Assembly (NCBI RefSeq): GCF_018977255.1
Contig: NW_024704751.1
Span: 19,654,001 to 19,718,000 of the forward strand
Length of the DNA: 64,000 nucleotides
Origin: Callorhinchus milii
Lineage: Eukaryota
Direction: 5' to 3'
The notes beneath the pieces were generated by a model. The model did not search any database. It was not told the origin of the DNA and worked only from the letters and a program-made list of their open reading frames with translations. Shown here piece after piece: positions 13,346 to 26,777 of this stretch. Every line of letters begins with the position of its first letter. The first letter of the stretch is position 1. A program made the position numbers and the translations under genes.

Positions 13346-16300
13346 TTACTGGAGAACCATCAGCACTTTGCTAAAGGTGACAAACACTCCGTGACTGAGA
13401 TTGCTGGATTAAACAGAAACAAAAAGATGAGTTTATTCTGCAGTGCAATCAATGGATTATTGAAGCGTGTTTTTAATTATTAAATCGGGATGGAATTATT
13501 TTCAACAAAACAAGTGTGCCTAGAACTGGATTTGCATATACTGAGAACAACGCTGATTGTAATCAGGATTATATTGGGATTTGTGTTAAATTTCCTCCTC
13601 CGCAACACTGCCAATCTGGGAAGCAACATTTGTATAGCAAGGAGAGAGTGACAGAAAACACTCTCCCCCACTGTCTGTAATGGACAGAGATTCCAGCTGA
13701 GTAGGATAGCACTCTAACCTACTGTTCAATTCAATATTTCACACCCCGACCCACAGAAACTCTGCTCGATTTGATCTACCGAGTTCCCATGGCTTGATAG
13801 GGATTATAACAGGATATCTTAATAATAAATAACGCAAATTAGACCTCAATGTTCCATCTGATTTTGGGTGACGGATTATAGACTCAATGTAGGCTGAGTC
13901 ACAACAAAAGGTATAGCAGAGTTCATCTTGATTTGCTCCTATTGCCTTCACATGGAAACAATGTGAATTAAATCAGTGCTAAAGCCAAAATGCAATTTGT
14001 AACCTAAAGCACAAGTGAGAACTGCTGGACTTTACTGAGAAATGAGACAGGGATTCTCAGACGTACAGAAACAGTTAATAAACAGGAAGCCCGCAATTCA
14101 ATCTGGTCTTTTTTTCTTAATTAAAAAATTTAAGAATTGTGGAGATTCTCCAAACTAGTGTTAACCTGGATGACGTTTTTTTTTCAAAAATACTGGCTTC
14201 CAAAATATGACTCGATTGAAGAATTCACTCTATTTATATTCGTCAGCATGTTTCACGTCTCAAGCACTGCCAGTTGGGCATCCGAGCTGGAGACAGGAGC
14301 TGAAAGAGTTACATACCAGTGAAAGTAACACTGTCCCTCGAACACACCGTCTCTCTGTCTGTTTTCCGGACATTCCAGTTCCACTCCGAGGCAGAATTCT
14401 GGCACATCCGGCAATCGGCCCAGATACCGCACCACCCCAGCTCCCACTCTGCCGCTGGGCAGAATCACCTTCACCCGGTGCCCAATCTGCATCTCCGAGA
14501 TGGAACGAGGGGCAAAGACTTTGGCTGGCCGTCTGCTTCTGATATCTGCCTGAAATCTGCGAGAGGGAAGATGGAAACTCGATCAGCAGACAAAGGTTTA
14601 ATAGACAAGCTACAGTCCTTAATTCTACAATTGAACCACAATAGAGTGCTGTGGTTTGGGATCTGTATGATCAGAGCCCATGTTATAACACGGCACATCA
14701 TAAAATGGCCCAGGGTCAGTGCTTCCGGGTCATTAATGTTGTCACTTCTTGCATGATATATCCCAGTAACTCTACCATGAAAGAGGATAAGATGTAATAC
14801 ATGTGATGGGCAACAGCAGCAATGCACATGGATGGAGTTTCCTAGGGACTGCAGGGACTATAAACCTCTCACTATTTTGTCCAAGCCCCACCTTGAAGAG
14901 TTTGAGCTCACAGTCTAGGCAGAAATTCCAGTGTAGTGCTGGTGGGAGCATTGCATTAAGTGAGGAGCCATCCTTTGATTGGGATGTTAAACTGTCTGCC
15001 TTTTCCACAGAGGGTTGTTAAAGATCCCTTGGCACTACTCAAAAAGAAAGAAAAGGGAGTTTGTCCTGGTCTCCTGGCCAACAATCCTCCAGAAAAGAAT
15101 GTGTAGTCACCCACTTCATGGCTGTTTGTGGGACATCTCCATGTGCAAATTGGCTGCTGCATTTGCCCATAAATATACAGTTGACAGCAATTGCCCGTGA
15201 GATGTTTTGATTGTGTAAGTGCTATATGAAATGCAAAGACAGTAATAACATAATAACAGTATAATTTGTTCAAAAACACCAAGGCTGGCAAGTAGCACTA
15301 ATCCACCAGCTGCAACAGGAATAAACAGCTCTGTTCATTTTGGGGTTTAATCACAGCTCAGAGCAGGATTCTCTCCACCAGGGTGTGAAGCACTCTAGGA
15401 CACTACACCACATGAAAGGCACTAGATAAATGCAAGTTGCTGTTGTTGTGAGTAATTGATTTCCATTAGACCGCAAACAATTTGTGAGGGCAAACCCAGA
15501 TATCCGAATATTTAAGCCCTCAAGCCAACAGTCTGATCATAAACTGATAAAGAGGATAACTTAAACTTAAACAGGATAACTTTCTGGATCAGTAGGTTTC
15601 CAGTCTAACGAGCAACGAAGCAGTGCTGGATCTAGTTCTGGGGATTGAAGTGGGGCAAGTGGAGCAGGTTTCAGTAGGTGAGCATGTGGACAACAGTAAT
15701 CACAACATCATTAGGTTTAGAATACTTATGGAAAGCAATCAAAGGTGAAGATATTCAACTGGAAGAGGGCTAATTTTAATGAGTTAAAAGGGGCCTAACC
15801 ATGGTGGACTGGAAAGAAAGATTGGCAGGTAAAACAGCTAACGAGCAATGGAAAGCCTTCAAGGAGGTTCAGTTTGGGGACAGAACAAATACATTCCCAC
15901 AAAGGGGAAAAATAGGGCATCCAAACCTCCCTGGATAAATTGGGAAATTTGGATTAAAATAAAACCGAAAAAGGAGGCTTATGATAAATGTCAAGTCCAA
16001 AACACAGAAGATAATCAAATAGAATACAGAAAGTACAAAGGAGAACTGTAAAAGGAAACAAGAGCGACAAAGAGATTGTATGAGAAAAGATTAGTGGGTA
16101 ACATAAAAGGGAACCCTAAGGTATGTAGTTTATATGGATTTTCAAAAGGCATTTGATAAAGTGCCACATAAGAGACTTGTAGCAAAATAGAAGCCCCGAT
16201 ATTAAAGGGACAGTGGCAGCGGATACAGAACTGGTTGGGAGACGGAAAGCAGAGAGTGTGGTGAACGGTTGTTTTTCTGACTGGAGGGAAGTGTGCAGTG

Positions 16301-19300
16301 GTGTCCCCCAGAGATCAGTATTGGGACCACTGCTGTTTGTGATCTATATAAATGACCTGGACTTGGGTATAGGGAGTACAATTTCCCAGTTTGCAGATGA
16401 TACTAAGCTGGAAAAGTAGTGAACAGTGAGGAGGATAGTAACAGACTGCAAATGGACATAGACAGACTGGTAACGTGGGCAGACACGGGGCAGATGAAAT
16501 TTAATGTGGAGAAATGCGAAGTGATGCATTTTGTGAGGAAGAATGAGGAGAGGCAATATAAGCTGATGGGACAATCTTAAAGGGGGTGAAGGGACAGAGA
16601 GACCTGGGGGTCATATAAGGAAATCTTTGCAGGTGGCCGGACAGGGAGATAAAGCTGTTAAAAAAGCATCCGGGATACTGGGCTTTATAAATAGGGGCAC
16701 AGAGTACACAAGTCAGGAAGTTATGATGAACGTTTATATAAAACACTGGTTAGGCCTCAGCTCGAGACTGGGTTCAGTTCTGGGCCCCACACTTTACGAA
16801 GGATGTCAAGGCATTGGAGAGGATGCAAAGGAGATTGACCAGGTACCAGGAATGAGGGGCTTCAGTTATCAGGCGAGGCGAGAGAAGCGAGGATTATTCT
16901 CCTTGGAGCAGAGAAGATTAAGAGGAGACTTCATAGAAGTTTTAAAAATTATGGGGGATTCAATAGGGTGAACAAAGAGAAACTATTTCCGCTGGCGGGT
17001 GGGTCGGTAACCCTTGTATCCCTCAAAATATACAGTCAATTCACTTTGCAGTATATACTATGAAGCCAATTTAGACTTTGACTTTCCCTGCTTCGTAAAT
17101 GTACTTTAGGATTTCAGTGTCTAACCTGGCTGGGAATTGAGGTCTCGAAACATTGCAACTCAGTGCAGATGAAGGGAGGACATCACATCCGCGCGGAAAA
17201 CTGGACGAAGGGATTCCAGTGAGCTCGAGATTTCCATTCGGCTCTCCTGTAATTGACACAACTTCCTCTGGGTCAATTTCATCAGGATCCAGCGGGAAAT
17301 CTGTAAAACCAAAGGGAACTGCATTTACTTTGCAACAAAAAAATCTTTTTACCTCCCAAAAGTTAACATTTTACAAACATAATAATGCTTACAGTTATTA
17401 TGCATAACATGATAATATAGAGTCTTATGTCATCGAGATGTCTCAAAGTGCTTCACAGGAAAGACTGCCAAGTGACTGTGACTTCTTGGAGCTGAAATTG
17501 GCTCCAAAATGACTTACTTGCCAACCGAATGGAATGTTGAAATTGAGTCAAAGTTCCAGCTTTTTAATGTGCAGGAAACATCGAGTGAGTGTGAAACTGT
17601 GTTCAGAGTGTTTAAACGGACCACATGCTTTGTGTGGTTTTCCTGCAACCTGGAGTCTACCACATGTTCTGTGATTTGATCTCTTTGTGTCTGGAATAAG
17701 TATAAAGTGATGCAGCCGTCAAGCTGCTCCATGATCTCCTCTCCTCCACCTTCAACTCTCTTGTCCCCCTAAAATCCAGGACTGGCTCCAAACCCACCTG
17801 CTCCCCTGGTACAACAGCCATCTTCGCTCCCTAAAATCACAAACCCGGTTGCTCAAGAGCAGGTGGAAGAAAACCAGCCTAGTGGTTCATTGCCAGCTGT
17901 GGCTCAAGCACCTTCACACCTACCGCCACTCCCTCTCGCAAGCAAAAACTCCATATTACTCAAAGATCATTCTGGAGACCAAAAATAACTCCAAAATTCT
18001 ACTCTCCACCACCCACCAGCTCCTCCTCTCTAGCACCCACAATCATAACATTGAATGCCAAGTGTGAAGAGGTCGTGGATTTGCTTACCTCTAAGATAGA
18101 AAACATTGCTGGAAACCTCACCCTCCCATCCTGTGTCGCCTACCGCACCCCCATTCTGTCTCCTTCACACCCCCCACACACTCCCATCTCTCCTTCCTCC
18201 CTCTCATCCTTCATCACCCTGATGATCACCCAACTCCCCCTCCTCTGCCCACTGCTGGAGACACCATTAATCAGTCCCTCTCCTCAGGATCAGTCACACT
18301 CCCTCTCAAAACCACCGTCATCACCCACCTCCTTAAAAAGACCTACACTTGATCCCTCCAACCTCGGGCACTACTGCCCTATCTCAAACCTGCCCGACCA
18401 AAGCTTTGGAACACGTTGTTGCCAACCAACTTCATGCATACCTCTCCCTCCATTCCCTATTCAAACCCATCCAGTCTGGTTTCCGCCTTGCCCACAGTAC
18501 AGAGACAGCGCTCGTGAAAGTTACAAATGATCTGCTCTCTTCTGTGACCAGGGCTCCCTCTGCCTCCGCGCCCTCCTGGACCTCTGTGTTGTTTGACACA
18601 GTCGATCACGCCATCCTCCCCCACTGTCTCTCCTCCATCATCCACCTCAGTGGGTCCGAACTCGCTTGGTTTGAGTCCTACCTTACAAACCGCCAGCACT
18701 ACATTTCTGCAAACGGTTTTCTTCTCGCCCCCCCCCCGCCCAGTCACCTGCGGGGTACGTACCCCAAGGCTTCATTCTTGGTCCCTTCTATTCCTCATCT
18801 ACATGCTCCCTCTCAGTGATGTCATCCACAGACATGGGATTAACTTCCACACGTACGCGGATGACACTCAACTCTACTTCTCCAGCTGCGTCCCCCAGTC
18901 CCCCGATGTTCTGTCAGCTTGTCAAGGCCTGGATGAGCACAACTTCTTGCAGTTAAGTGTCAACAAGATGGAAGCCATAATCTTTGGCTCCCGTTGACAT
19001 CTTCTGTCCTGCAGGTCAGACCTCAACCTACCCAATCTGTCTTTAAAATTCTCTGAACCCGTATGCAACTTAGGCGGCAGGTTTGATCCCCAGTTATCCT
19101 TCCTCCCCCACATCAGGTCCCTGGCCAGGAGTGCTTTCCTCCACCTCTGCCACATTGCCTGTCTCCGACAATACTTCACTCCACAAGCTGCCGAAACCCT
19201 TGCCCACGCCTTTGTCACCTCTCAGCTGGACGACTCAAAGGCCCTCCTTGCCGGTCTCCCCATCTTCACTATTCACAAAATTAAACTCACCCAAAACTCC

Positions 19301-22300
19301 GCCGTCCGCATTCTCACCCACACTAAATTCCACACCCTGATTATCTCAGTCCTTGCCAAACTCCATTGGCTCTCTGTCACAGATCAGATCCACTTCAAGA
19401 TCCTCACTCTAGTGTTTAAATCCCTCTATACCTTGGCACCGCCCTATCTCTCCAACCTACTTTCTCCTTACAGCACTACCATTCACAATGATGCCATACA
19501 AATGTAAGTTGTTGTTGTCATTATAAAACATTTTTCACCGCGATGGCGAAAAACGCACAGACATTGACTTTTTTTGTTCTGCAAATGATTGAGATATTTG
19601 GATTTTGAAAAGGCAAGCAAACCTTAAAATAGTTTCAGTGAATTTGCATTGTAGTAAATTCCGATGTAATTAAAGCCCAATGAGACAAGCTCAATTTTGT
19701 CACTAACCTAATGAAGGTTGACAGCTAGTCCTAGGTTCTCCTTCCTTTGACTCGGAAATGCTTATCTTGTCACTGCTGGTGAGGTCCAGCTTTCTCTGCC
19801 CACGTGCTGTTGGGAGTTGGATCTGACTTGCTGGTCTTCTCTCTGACAAGAAGATTGGCTTCATTCTCATTGATGAAATATCTTCACCCTTTCTAATTAT
19901 TGTCTGATCACTCGAGTTAGGGTGCATCTGGTGATTACAATTAATACAGAGTTTATTTTTATATAATATACATGATAAATTGGCCACTCACTTCATGACT
20001 TCATTGTCCCACAACCAGCCATGGAGTGAATGATCATTATATTTTTAATTTGGGGTATTTGTTGGCCAGGACACTGGGAGAAACTCCATTCTCTGTAATC
20101 TGCAATAAGGATAAAGAAATTAAACCTGGAACAAAACTGTCAGAAAGATCAAGGCAGTAGAACGAGATGGCTTTGGCTCAGTTACGAGGGCGAGTGTGAG
20201 TTAGGTACTTCTTTATAATGTGATGGTGGTGACATCATGGCCCAGGGGTCTGCAAACTCGTCTGAACGGAGCCTCACTGTATGTTATTGCCACCCCTTAG
20301 GTAGAAGGAATACCTCACCATCTATAAGAGCAGTACCCCCAATGCACACTCTGAGGTCCCCAGCCTTGGCTCTTTCTTGCCAACCTGCACTTAATACTTT
20401 CTGAAATTGGGCAAGCAGGGAGAGAGAAACCACATTGCATTCCAATAATTTATTTCCATGTGCAGGTGGGTTGCATAGAAATCTCTGTTTGGTCTGGACA
20501 TTCTTTTAAGCATGGTAATGGGTTTCCACGTGTGTCAGATACCCAGCGGACCAAAAAAAAGTCTGAATGAAGCATCATTTGCATGGAGTCTCACTGGCTC
20601 TTATTCCTGTAGTTTTAGTGAGTGTCAGAGTACATCAACAAAGGTGAAACACTAGGTGTTTGAGCAGGTAGTTACCTTGGAGAGACTTCTAACAAGGAGT
20701 TGGTCAATTTGCCCACCCAGCGCGACCTTTTAGCCAAAATCAATTGTAGTTTCTATTCTTATCCGTTACTCCTTGACTAGCACCAGCCAGAAACATGCTC
20801 CTGTTGAGATTCACTTGTGGTCCCCTGAACTCAACTGAATCTCACTGAGGGGGGAAGAGGATGGGAAGGATTGAGCTCCTGGCAACAGCTATGCTTTTAC
20901 CCCTCTGGTGGCTGGGAGCGGTTTTGCAGCACTTCTGATCTGAGGACTATGATCTGCTCTCATTAAGTGGAGTGGAGATACTGGAATACAACAAGAACAA
21001 TTACTTGCATTTATATAGCGCCCAACATGCAGGGTAGCGTCCCAGAGCGCTTGTCCAGAGCTCACTTGGTCACTAGGCTCAGGCTGGCTCTGCCCTGACG
21101 GAGAGGAGATCCTGTCGCTTGACCTGCTTTACATGGTTCAGGTCCACATTGTCCTTTGACAATTTGGGGCCTGGAGGAGTTTGTGGGGTGTTGGGACTTG
21201 TCTGCTGGGACAACCCTTGTTCCCTAGTGGAACGTATTTGGTATAATTTGATCAATGGGGGTGAGCAAGCCTAACCTCGCTCACCAATAAAAAGCAGCTT
21301 GTTCACCCAGCTCAAACCGTAAGTGACTTTATGTATTATAACTGACTTAATTTAAGGCTTTGGGGTGTCATCAAATTGTATGCTTGTGGATAATAAATAT
21401 TTTGAATTTATTTCGAGTAGTGCGTATTTTAATTTGTTAATATAAACCGGATACTGGTTTTGTCCTCCTGACTTGAAAAACCCTGCCCCTAAGTCACTGG
21501 GGAATTGAGTGTAAAATACTGTCTCTGTGACAATAACAAAAGGGGAATGAAATGTTGAAATGGGTTACCAGGAATGTGGGAGAAACCAGGGATGACCCAT
21601 CTCAGATAACGCAGTGTTCCCCCAACTATTGACACTGGAGTGTCAGCCTCGTCTGTGAGTTCAAAGACCTGACGTGGTGCTTGAACACACATCCTTCTGA
21701 CTAGGAGGCGGGAGTGCAATCCACCGAGCCACAGGCTGACACTGGGCTGATTTCAAGTACATATCCCTTTCAAAAGGCATTTGGATATATGCTTGAAAAA
21801 GAAAAATTGCAAGGCTATGGGTAGTGGAGCGGAACTAATCTTTCAAAGAGCCAGCACAGGCACGATGGGCTGAATGACTGCCTCCTGTGCTGTAAGATTC
21901 GATAATCCAAGTAAGCCATACAACGGAAGGAAAAAGCGATTTGTTTACCTGGTCTTTTGGTTCTCTCTGCTCTGCTGGTAACTGGTGGCATCTGCATTCC
22001 CACTCCGCCTGGAGCTTGGCGAGTTCCGATTTAAAACACTGGATTTCTTCTTCAGTCCTCTGAATTCTCTTCTTCGCCTCTTCACTCTTCTCTTGCAGAG
22101 CAACAACCTTCTGTATCAGTTCCTCTGTTACATTAAACCAAACACATGTGAGTCTAAGAGACTGGCTCAAAAATCAGTTGCCTGAACATAATATCCCCTT
22201 GGTCTTAGCCTCAAAACCATTTTGTCTATAAAAATGAACATTGCACAGAATTGTGGAACATGTACGGTTCAGTGTGAATCAGGAAGCTAGTTTTCCACAG

Positions 22301-24409
22301 TTCTTTAGGTTATAAATCAAGACTGAATTAAAAAAATTTCTACAATTTTGCGCAATCTGAAATTTCAAGAGAAAATGGAAATTAAGACTAAGGCTATCTG
22401 ATTTTCAGGCCTTACAGTCTAAACAAATTAAGAGCTGGTCTCCCCATCAAGTGGTGTCTGACATGAAATCTTAACACGTTTCCAGCTTCATTGTACATTA
22501 TTCTATTCCTCACCAAAACTGCATTGATATGTCCCATATCAGGAGTATCAGTCAATGTTATTAAAATGGGTCGTCCTGATGTGAAAGGCGCTAAATCAAA
22601 TGCAAAGATTATTATTTTATTATTACAGTGAATGCTATTAAATCAAATGTCATTGACCATTTCAATAACATTAATACATTAATTATATATTAATGCAGAT
22701 ATTAATGCAGTTTTGGTGAGTCATAGAATAATGTACAGTGAGTGTACCGACTATATTTTGCTGACTGGCTATTTGGCACACATTAAATGACGAGTGGGCT
22801 GCAATTACATTGGATGGAGTGGGAGTCCGAGTAGTGGAAGATGGGGAATAGTATGTTTGTGACCAAAGACAGTCAAAGAGGAATTTTCGATGGATTTTGA
22901 ATGTGGCGAGAGATCTGCAGCTCGTGTACTATCCCGCACCAGACTTCGGGACCACATCACTCCCACCCTCGCTCGCCTCCACTGACTCCCCATCCCCTAG
23001 AGGATCGATTTCAAGATCCTCATCCTCGCCTACAAGGCCATTCACGGCCTCGCTCCCTCCTACCTCTCTGATCCACTATCCCCCTACCTACCTGCCCATA
23101 CCCTCCGTTCCTCTGGCTCCGGTCTGCTCCACACGCCCACCCCAACCGCCCTACCATCAGTGGCCTTCAGCCTCTCAGCCCCGAGGCTCTGGAACTCTAT
23201 CCCCCAGTGCCTTCGCCGCCTCCTCCCTTTCCTCCTTCAAGGCCGGTCTCAAGACCTTTCTCTTTGACCGAGCCTTCAGCTCCCCTCTCGACTCTCTACC
23301 CCCTCCTCGCTCCCTCCCTTCCCTCACCCTGACCATTTCCCTCCTGCTCGGGTCCTGACCCAACTGTACAGCGCCTTGGGACGTCCTCCCGACATGAAAT
23401 AAATGGAATCTTGTTGTTGTTGAGATAGTGTGAGGTCCAGGGATTTGAGGAGAGTTCCAGAAAGCGGGGCAGAATTGGCTGAAAGCTCGCTCTCCAATGG
23501 TCTCAAATAAATTGCTGTCAAGTGTAGTGACTTTATTAGTCAGACAAACTGTGCTGCACATTTGAACTTTTTGACACAATAAAACAAAGATAGATTGTTA
23601 GTTTCAACGAACCCGTTTTAAGATTAAAAGGTGCACATATGTGACTCAACACTAACAACAACAAACATTTTTAAACATTTCACATTTTTAAAGCACCTTT
23701 CACGTCAGGAAGACGTCCCAAGGTGCTGGACAGACAGAGTTATGTACCCGAGCTGAGAGTCGGGGTGGGGGAGGCCAGTAGTGGGGGAAGCAGGGAGATT
23801 CAAAGCACGGTCGAAGAGGAGGGTTTTGAGGTGGGTACTGAAGGTGGCGAGGGAGGGGACGAGGCAGAGGGACTGCAGGATGGAGTTCCAGAGAGTGGTT
23901 GCAGTGTGTCAGGAGGCCCACCCGCCAATAGTGGGGTGAGCAGGGAAGTAGGCCAGAGCCCGCTGAGCGGAGGGAGCGAATAGGGTAGAAGGGGGTTAGG
24001 AGGTTGGAGAGGAAGGGGGGAGCAAGACCGTGGAGGGCATTGAAGGTGAGGATCAGGATCTTGAACTGTATTCAGATGGGTAGACTTGGACCGATGGGTC
24101 GAATGATCTCGTTCTGCACTGTGACTGTGATATCTAGGGTTGTAAAAGTCTGCAGCTGTTGGGAAGTTTGTTAATGATAGATAACTCTTTACATCTGAAC
24201 TTCAGTCACACTGGAGCCATGCCTGCCTCGCCTCGCTCACTGTGATCAGCTGTAATCAGGTTTGGCTTGTGCAGGGGATCTCGTCAGGTGCAGACCTGAC
24301 GAGATCCCCTACCTGTGTGTTGAGAGTCAGTCAGGAACACAGGTGGCACTCGCAGCTGCTCTGTTATTGCCCCGGATGCCAGCTCCGGGAACTCTGCCGC
24401 ATGTTTGAC
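13346..24409 (-). CDS. Uncharacterised coiled-coil protein with C-terminal CAP-Gly domain (spliced; 5' end uncertain)
   Basis: Exons 24409-24313, 22124-21949, 19927-19708, 17300-17126, 14556-14317, 13403-13346. All have AG/GT sites and compatible phases (966 nt, 321 aa + TAA). The last two exons give [23 protein letters not shown]...[38 protein letters not shown], a CAP-Gly domain. AATAAA at 13092-13097. Confidence 0.8.
15590..17010 (+). mobile_element. CR1-type LINE fragment with internal deletion (intronic)
   Basis: [44 protein letters not shown]; the sequence jumps at about 16120. Confidence 0.88.
17690..19520 (+). mobile_element. L2-type LINE ORF2 remnant (intronic)
   Basis: [36 protein letters not shown] motifs across frameshifts; (gtt)n tail. 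Confidence 0.9.
22920..23420 (+). mobile_element. L2-type LINE 3' end
   Basis: LHx[15 protein letters not shown] motif and L2 tail; a near-identical copy lies on the minus strand at 28355-28800. Confidence 0.85.
23690..24075 (-). mobile_element. L2-type LINE 3' end
   Basis: Reverse-complement similarity to the other L2 3' ends (tail ttgggacgtcttcctgacgtgaaagg). Confidence 0.75.
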
Positions 24410-26519
24410 CTGAAAAGGCAACAAAAAGTAGCAAAAAAAGACAAGAAAATAAATCCCAATGAGTCTGTGAACATACTGTAGACCTCCAGTGTAGAAACAG
24501 GGTAAAACATTGACAGTTCCATTTAACATAATAATCCTTGCATTTGATATAGCGCCTTTTGATGTCGTTAAGACGTCTCAAAGCGCTTCACAGTGTATAC
24601 TGTAAAGTGAATTGACTGTGTATTTTGTAGCTGAAACGTAGCAGCCAATTGTGCACAGCAACGTCACATACACAGTCGTGGATTGAGTGACCACATTTTT
24701 TTTTGAAAAGCGGCGTGTGGATAAGGAACCTTGCCTACCGTTTCGCCCTACCCGGGAATTGAACTTGGGCCCTCTCGCTTGCGAGGCGAGTGCCCTAATC
24801 AATACACTACAAGGACATGACATTCTGGTAAATAAACAATCCTTGGCTTACATTTGTTTCAGGGTTGAGAGTGTCAAAGCACTTTACAGGTGTATTGTAA
24901 GCATGCTCAGTGACCACTTTGCACACTATCAAGTCTCACAAACACCCATGAAGTTAATGACTAACGACTGCAGGATTGCTGGCCAAGAAACCAGGCAAGT
25001 GGTCCTGAGACCTCGGTTTGATGTTTCATCCAAAAAATGGCTTGGGTTGGATGGGTTGGAGGATTGGATTGTGTTTGGATGAGATGGTATTGGAGGGTTT
25101 TATTGAGTAGGGTGAGTTAGATTAGGTTTTGTCTGATGATGACTTTTTGTGTATATTCAGAAAACACTGCACTTGAATTCGAGGCCAGGCAGAGATGGAG
25201 ATACACTTGTGAGATACCCTAACGTTAAATAGAACCAGAAGCAAGTTTTGAGCTGAACTGATCACTGCAACATCCTAACACTGGGATCTGTGGTCTCATT
25301 CAGATTCAGTTCCAGTGAGTGACAAATACGTCTTCTCTAAATAAATAATGAATTAGCCCAGACAAAAATGGCCATAGCTCCAGTTAGCAATACCAATAGA
25401 TCCTGTGTATGGAGCAGGGGAGAGGGATTAAGATTTTTTTAAATTCATGCAATATTCATCTGACAAACTGAATGTGTAGCGCTTAGGAGTTAGTTGTGTT
25501 TCAGTTTTACACAATCTCAATAGTTTTTCAGAATAAGCACCTACAGAGCTGGGTTTGGGTTTAACTCTAGGTGCCAACTATACGACAATTAAATGACTAC
25601 TCTCACAAGAGGTAATACTAGACAGTCTCCAATTGAACTCTTGCTCTTGTTATTTTGAACCTTTTAATCGTTCACTGTGTGGCTGAGCAACACTGCTCAT
25701 GTTTCAGTTATTCACAACCTGTTCATGTACGATGTGAGAGTGACAGTTACTACGTTCCTCTGAACTTGCAGGATGTACAGGGTGTCCACAAAGTCCTGTT
25801 ACCCTCTGTTTTGTGTCTTACAATGAATTTTTATTTTCTGTTACAGATGAGTTGAGTGTAACAATGTCTGACATCAGTGACCTCCTCCTCACTGACTCCA
25901 TCCACATTACGGGAAATGTTGCACGGAACAAGGTGCCGAGTTATTATCTGTCGTGAAAATGATGGCGCTCGCACACACCAATCCTCCGGACGTCTAAACA
26001 CAGTTAAACACTTGTACTGAATGCAATGAAGTACTTCTGAATACAATTATCATCATTCTTCCACATGATTCAGTTGTTGGTCAGTGCACTGGATAAAAAA
26101 ATAAATGGGTAACAGAACTGTGTGGACAACCTGTAGAATAAAGAGACACTCACTATAGTGGTTGAGTAACAGAGAGGATCTGGGCTCGGTCCAGTGTTGC
26201 TCAGTTTGCGCTGCAACAAAGTAAAACGAGAGTTCACACGTTAGATTCCCCTCTGCAGCAAAGTGTATAATAAGGGTTTGAGGGACTTAGTCACTTTTGG
26301 TCACATTATCATTCGGTTCAACACATTTTGACTTGTGTTATGAAGTTAATAAATACCTGTAATGTTTTATTTTTCAGTGTACTCCACACGACACAAGCTA
26401 CGACTACACCTGCACAATCTGCCAACCTGCAGTCGTGGTGTATATGGATAAGGTACTGAGAGGGTACAATAGAGCCCATTATAAGGCACGTAGATTTGTT
26501 CATAACACAGTGACCTGGG

Positions 26520-26700
26520 GAGTCGCGCGTCCCAGAAAACACCAATGGTCGCACTCGCGGAACGCTGCGCACGTGACCTGATGACCTGGAAGTTAGCAAT
26601 TTTTTTTAACATGGAAAGGCGTTAGGTTTCTGTCCAGGATCACACGATCGGTCATGTCACGACACGGAAGTGCAGCCCAGCGATCGCGCCTCGTTATAAG
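26520..26700. promoter_or_regulatory. CpG-rich promoter-like element
   Basis: Local CpG cluster with CCAAT (26542-26546), E-box CACGTG (26570-26575), DR2 TGACCT-GA-TGACCT (26574-26587) and ETS CGGAAGTG (26665-26672); minus-strand splice donor at 26356. Confidence 0.6.
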
Positions 26701-26777
26701 GCTGGTTAGGAATTTATAAACCACCCCCACCCCCCCCCCACCCAAACTAACAACGTTCTCGGTTTAACAGATCTTAA

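Noticed and set aside
20676-20800. Additional exon of the CAP-Gly gene
   Set aside because: Plausible AG/GT ends but stop codons in all three frames.
25831-26130. Coding exon upstream of 24409
   Set aside because: The acceptor/phase combinations I tried at 26130 and 26088 hit early stops; at most a UTR exon.
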